From Nemertoderma westbladi (lineage: Eukaryota > Animalia > Xenacoelomorpha), in assembly GCA_032718475.1 (NCBI GenBank), contig JAUCBJ010000091.1, positions 1 to 64,000 on the forward strand: DNA of 64,000 nt, given 5' to 3'. Positions within the stretch are counted from its first letter, which is position 1, and each line of letters begins with the position of its first letter. This document shows, in pieces, positions 59,530 through 64,000 of this stretch. The translations under genes and the position numbers were made by a program. The notes beneath the pieces were generated by a model, which saw nothing but the letters and a program-made list of their open reading frames with translations, searched no databases and had not been told where the DNA came from.

Positions 59530-60836
59530 GGTAACAGACGTTTCGGTCTAAGACGTTTTGGCCTAGGACGTTTCGGCCCAATGAATGAAATACAAGATTT
59601 TCTTGTCGGACGTTTTGGCCCAAAGACTCACTTTACTCCCTTAAATAAACTATTAATAATAAGTTATTCAATATATTTGTTTTGTAGTTTTTTACGTTCG
59701 TTACGAGGAACTGCTCCGACACGACACCTGTTTGAAAGTCGTCAAGATCGAAGTTCTACATTATATTTACAAATAATAACTAATGTAATATTATTATTAT
59801 TATTTATTTATATAAATTTACACCATACTGTAACTTAGAACAAAGATAACATATGCTGACAAATTAACTTTAGTTAATACAGTTAGATAGTTAAAAGTAA
59901 GTAATAGTAAAGGTAATAGGTAAAGTAATAAAGGTAAAGTAATAGTTAAAAACATACGTATTTTAAAATGTGAGTCAATAAATAAAGTACATTAAAATAC
60001 ACCGAATTAAAATTATTACTGTATTTTAATGTTAGACTTAAAAATATAATAGATAAGAAATATTCCATTAAAGGAGCATTGCTTTATGAGACAGGCTGGA
60101 TGTCATATGGAATGAGATAAAATATATGCGTATTAAACTTAAATTTAGATGAAATATATGGGTATTAAATTTAAATTTAGAGGAAATATATGCGTATTAA
60201 AAGGACCAGAGTGGATGTGAAGTGAAATAAAATATGTATTAATAAAAGCATTATACGTCGTTATCTATGGGTATAAATCATCTATCATCGAGATGAGAGT
60301 TATTGTTTCAACAGATCATTAAGACATTGCTGCATTACACTGTCCAGCTACAACAATTATCAATTGAGTAGGCCTAATGTTTAAACTAATGAAGTATCTC
60401 CAAAATAATCGATCAGACGCGATTATTTAAGCCCTAAATGGTTCGTGAAATTGATTCGCTTTAGTAGAATATTAGCAATGTGGTACTCGGTACCAAAAGT
60501 TTTGTTCTGACTTGCATTTTTTCGGCCGCAAAACATAATAGGGCAGAGCACCACATGCATAATGTTTATTTTATTTTGAAATAAATTAAATAGCCATTTC
60601 ATGAAAGATATTTCATAAGTGTTTGTATATTATTGTGAAATAATTATAATTTTAATGAATAATTATTATCATATCACACAAGTTGGCCTTTTCATTCGGT
60701 TACAGTTACAGTCAGGCCGAAACGTCCGGGCCGAATCGTCCGAGCCGAAATGTCCGGGCCGAAACGTCCTGGACCGAAACGTCCTAGGCCGAAACGTCCT
60801 GGACCGAAACGTCCTAGGCCGAAACGTCTGTATACC
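59530..60836. mobile_element. Foldback/Mutator-like non-autonomous DNA transposon
   Basis: TIR GGTA(T)ACAGACGTTTCGG, 15-bp subterminal repeats (GGCCGAAACGTCC), flanking duplication AGACATGGCG (59520-59529, 60837-60846). Confidence 0.85.
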
Positions 60837-62089
60837 AGACATGGCGGTTAAAATGTCTGAATTTTATTATTTTACATAAACTAATTAATTATAATAATTA
60901 TTATATCTTTGCGACTCTCTGTGTTTATTTTATTAGTTTAACTACCATTTTACCAAGTTCGGGGTTTATCTATTACAATTTCAGTATTAAATATCTGAAT
61001 GTAGTGTGGGTTTTCCCGATTTAATCGCCATCTATGCAAATAAAGGCGGGGTATCTCAGTTGATTGCGCGTGTAGAATTTTCACCGATTAATGTGTTTAC
61101 AGTGCTACATAAAACAAGCTGGCAAGCCTGGAAGGTTCACGGTCCTCCTACTTAATCAGTACAATAATAATACGTTTTCGTTCGGGTAGGCCTATGTTTC
61201 CTTTTCACTTGTTCCCATCGTAGGCGACCTCATGCTCCTGTGCTCATCCCACCACGACCACGACCACCAGTTACGAGTTGGGTAGGCGTCTACCGGCAAC
61301 CGGTAAGTAATTACGCGCCACACGACGTCATCCCGCCATCCGCCAACATTTATACTGGTACGGTAAGCCTACCACCTACCGGCTGGCTACCATCGCACCG
61401 TAGGTCTACCGCCTACGCCTACCGGTCAACCGGTAACGGTAGGCTACCGCGTACCGGTACAGCGGTACTCAAAGTCGTACCGGTATTGTCGTAATTGACA
61501 AATGCAGGATTAAACCGTAACCCGTTCCAGTACCGGTACCATATGCATCTGAACGACTGGACGGTTAATCTCATAGCATAGCTGCATAGGCCTACTGGTA
61601 GTCAGTGCGAAGTCGCCTGCGAACATGGCGAAATATTATATTTACTGCTAGGGCTAGGCTAGGACCTACTGCTGTACTGACCTATGACAGTATGAAGATA
61701 GGCAGATAGGCCTACAGTGGTCAGGTAGTACCGGTCCGGTATGCCTACTACAGGCAGACAATCAGACAGTACTAGCAGTGCTAATTAATTACCTTAATTA
61801 AATCTTCAATTAGGTCATAATGTAGGTCCAAATTTAAAAATCGGCCTCCGTTAATCGATTTACAAATAATTCAGGTACCTCCATGCCAAATATCAGAATC
61901 ATTCATTGCGTTCCCTATGACAAGATAGCTTTTTCCTAAACCATGCGAAAACACGCAAATATAGCGCTCACATCGCACAAATACCATCTCGACACCCAAT
62001 TTTTTGTATGAGCCTTCGCCATCCCTATATCTAACTTTTGTCCAAATTTTGTTTCGATTGATTAATAAATAACTGAGATATCGCTCTGG

Positions 62090-62136
62090 ACACACACACA
62101 CACACACACACACACTAACACACACACACACACACA
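62090..62136. repeat. (CA)n microsatellite
   Basis: Directly visible. Confidence 0.95.
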
Positions 62137-62324
62137 TTACGGTAATAATGGTCACCTATGTCAAGGACCGTGAACCAATAAATGGGAAATTAAGTAAAAC
62201 GCCGGATGGTTTCCCTAGTTACAGGTGTTTGTAAAATTAGCACGTTGCTTAGCTGCCCTGCTATCGGTTATATTTAATATTTCGTTAATAACTCATACCC
62301 TGCCATCATAGTGTGGTTAACAGC

Positions 62325-62990
62325 TATAATTGTGCCCTTATTTAAGAAAGGCGATCCCACGGACCAATATAATTACCGCCCTGTTTCTCTGACCTGTGTA
62401 TCGTGCAAACTTAATGGAACTTTGTATAAAAAACGAACTATCTGATTATTTACTCATAAATAAAATTATATCGAAGGCGCAGCACGGTTTTGTGAAATGT
62501 AGATTGGATGTACTCAACTTTTGGAATGTTCAACTGAATGGTACAAGGGTTTAGACAAACGCTATACAGTTGATATTGTATATGTCGATTTAGCCAAGGC
62601 ATTCGATTCAGTTGTTCACCGAAAGTTGATACATAAATTGGCCAGTTATGGGGTAACCGGTGATTTGTTGTGCTGGATTGAAGCTTTTCTCTGTAATCGT
62701 ACTCAGAATGTAATTATTGGTAATAGTATTTCATCTTCCGTTAATGTTATCTCAGGAACGTTCCAAGGTAGTTTCTTGGGCCGCTATTATTTTTTCTTTA
62801 TATCAATGAGCTACCCGAGCTAATACCAAATGTATTTGTAATAAATGTATCGTGTAAATTTTTTGCGAATGACTTACTGTAAAGTTGCACGCGAGATCAG
62901 GCGATAGTGATTTGCAGCGCACTGCGTATACTGGAAAGCTGGACAGCCAATTGGCAACTAAACATAGCGGCTCATAAGTGCACTCACTCT
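62325..62990 (+). pseudogene. LINE (CR1/Jockey-like) reverse transcriptase fragment
   Basis: NYRPVSLT, QHGF, YVDLAKAFDSV, QGSFLG, with frameshifts. Confidence 0.85.
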
Positions 62991-63114
62991 TCTTCGTTTT
63001 GGTGTCAGTAAAGCTAATGTAGTTACAGAACAATTTATATATTATATATAATTTATATATATGTTATATATTAATATTTTCTAAACGGTCGGCATTCCAT
63101 CAAAGGAGGAACTA

Positions 63115-63625
63115 ATGAGAACCGACATTTTTATTGCCCACCTGGAGACACTTCGTTCTGTCAATATAAACGCACTGGTGAGCTGCCGGTGGACAAAAAC
63201 CACTATCTTGACTATTCATTTATTGGATATATACATCCCTATCTACCGCCGCCTTACATCGAAAAGACTACTCATACGTGTCTGCCGGGTTTCACCCAAA
63301 ACCAATCTGAGTCTTTTAATTCTCTGGTCTGGCTTCGTGCTGCCAAACACAAGTTTTTTGGTACCACCCGTATCAAAAGCCTTGAGCGCCATATTATATT
63401 ATAATAATGGTGCCTCAGCCCGAGCTCTAATTCTAGAAAAACTCATTGTATGTGATGTGGACGGATCTATGATTATGGAGCAAAAACATATCAGAAAGGA
63501 TTCCATGCGAATTGCTGACAGCCTGGAGAAAGTCAATAAGAAAGACCAGAGGAGACAGAGATACGAGTCCAAATTGGCGAAGTTGTCTAAGGATTCCGAC
63601 AAGGATTATTTACCCGGAGGCTACT
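63115..63625 (+). pseudogene. C-terminal fragment of a Mutator-like transposase
   Basis: CLPGFTQNQSESFNSLVW..K, YNNG and terminal YLPGGY, split over two frames. Confidence 0.65.
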
Positions 63626-64000
63626 ACAGTAGGACTCGAGAACTTTCATTAGGCGCTGAGAATTACATTTATAATTATTATTAAAACATAACTGTTATTT
63701 TTATTTGGACCGCTAGATAGCCTGTATGCCTAATAGACGTGGTCAGTGACTCTCAAACCTGTCTAGTTAGATTCAGCACCATCGATTTAGTCATAAAATA
63801 TTTAAGATTTTTGTTAAACCTCATAAAATGGCTTTAAAATGTTGAAAAATTATGTTATTTAATTTTTAGTGTTTTTCTCGAAATGCACTTTTTTGAGCTT
63901 CAAAATGCATCTCCTCCGCCATTTTTGGGCATATCCTAGTTTTTGTTTTATTCGATGGGCAATCACATGCAGAACAAAAGTTATGCTTTTTATAACTTCA

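Overview
Eukaryotic, animal-like DNA with three intronless host genes: SLU7, XRCC4 and RBM26/27 (a compact basal-metazoan genome such as a sponge is my guess only). Most of the window is a cluster of unusually large BEL/Pao LTR retrotransposons. Element A (12891-44162, 1177-bp LTRs, CGTAG target-site duplication, about 18.7 kb without its nested insert) carries gag-PR-RT-RNaseH-IN plus an extra ORF with a DEDD-like 3'-5' exonuclease and CCHC fingers. A related non-autonomous Gag-protease-only subfamily B is present twice (1-5994, and nested inside A at 23206-35048). The main observation is that neither subfamily has a tRNA primer-binding site. The 11-12 nt right after the 5' LTR are exactly complementary to a segment inside the element's own LTR, with three compensatory changes between A and B, which points to self-primed reverse transcription. 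That segment lies in a roughly 800-nt LTR RNA whose helices covary throughout. The RNA includes a pseudoknot to the LTR terminus and a sub-domain whose helix order resembles the RNase P catalytic core. Further duplicated structured RNA modules lie in the 5' leader and upstream of the exonuclease ORF. The rest of the window holds a 22-bp minisatellite with a solo LTR in it, LINE relics and non-autonomous DNA transposons. All structures were read by eye; none was computed.
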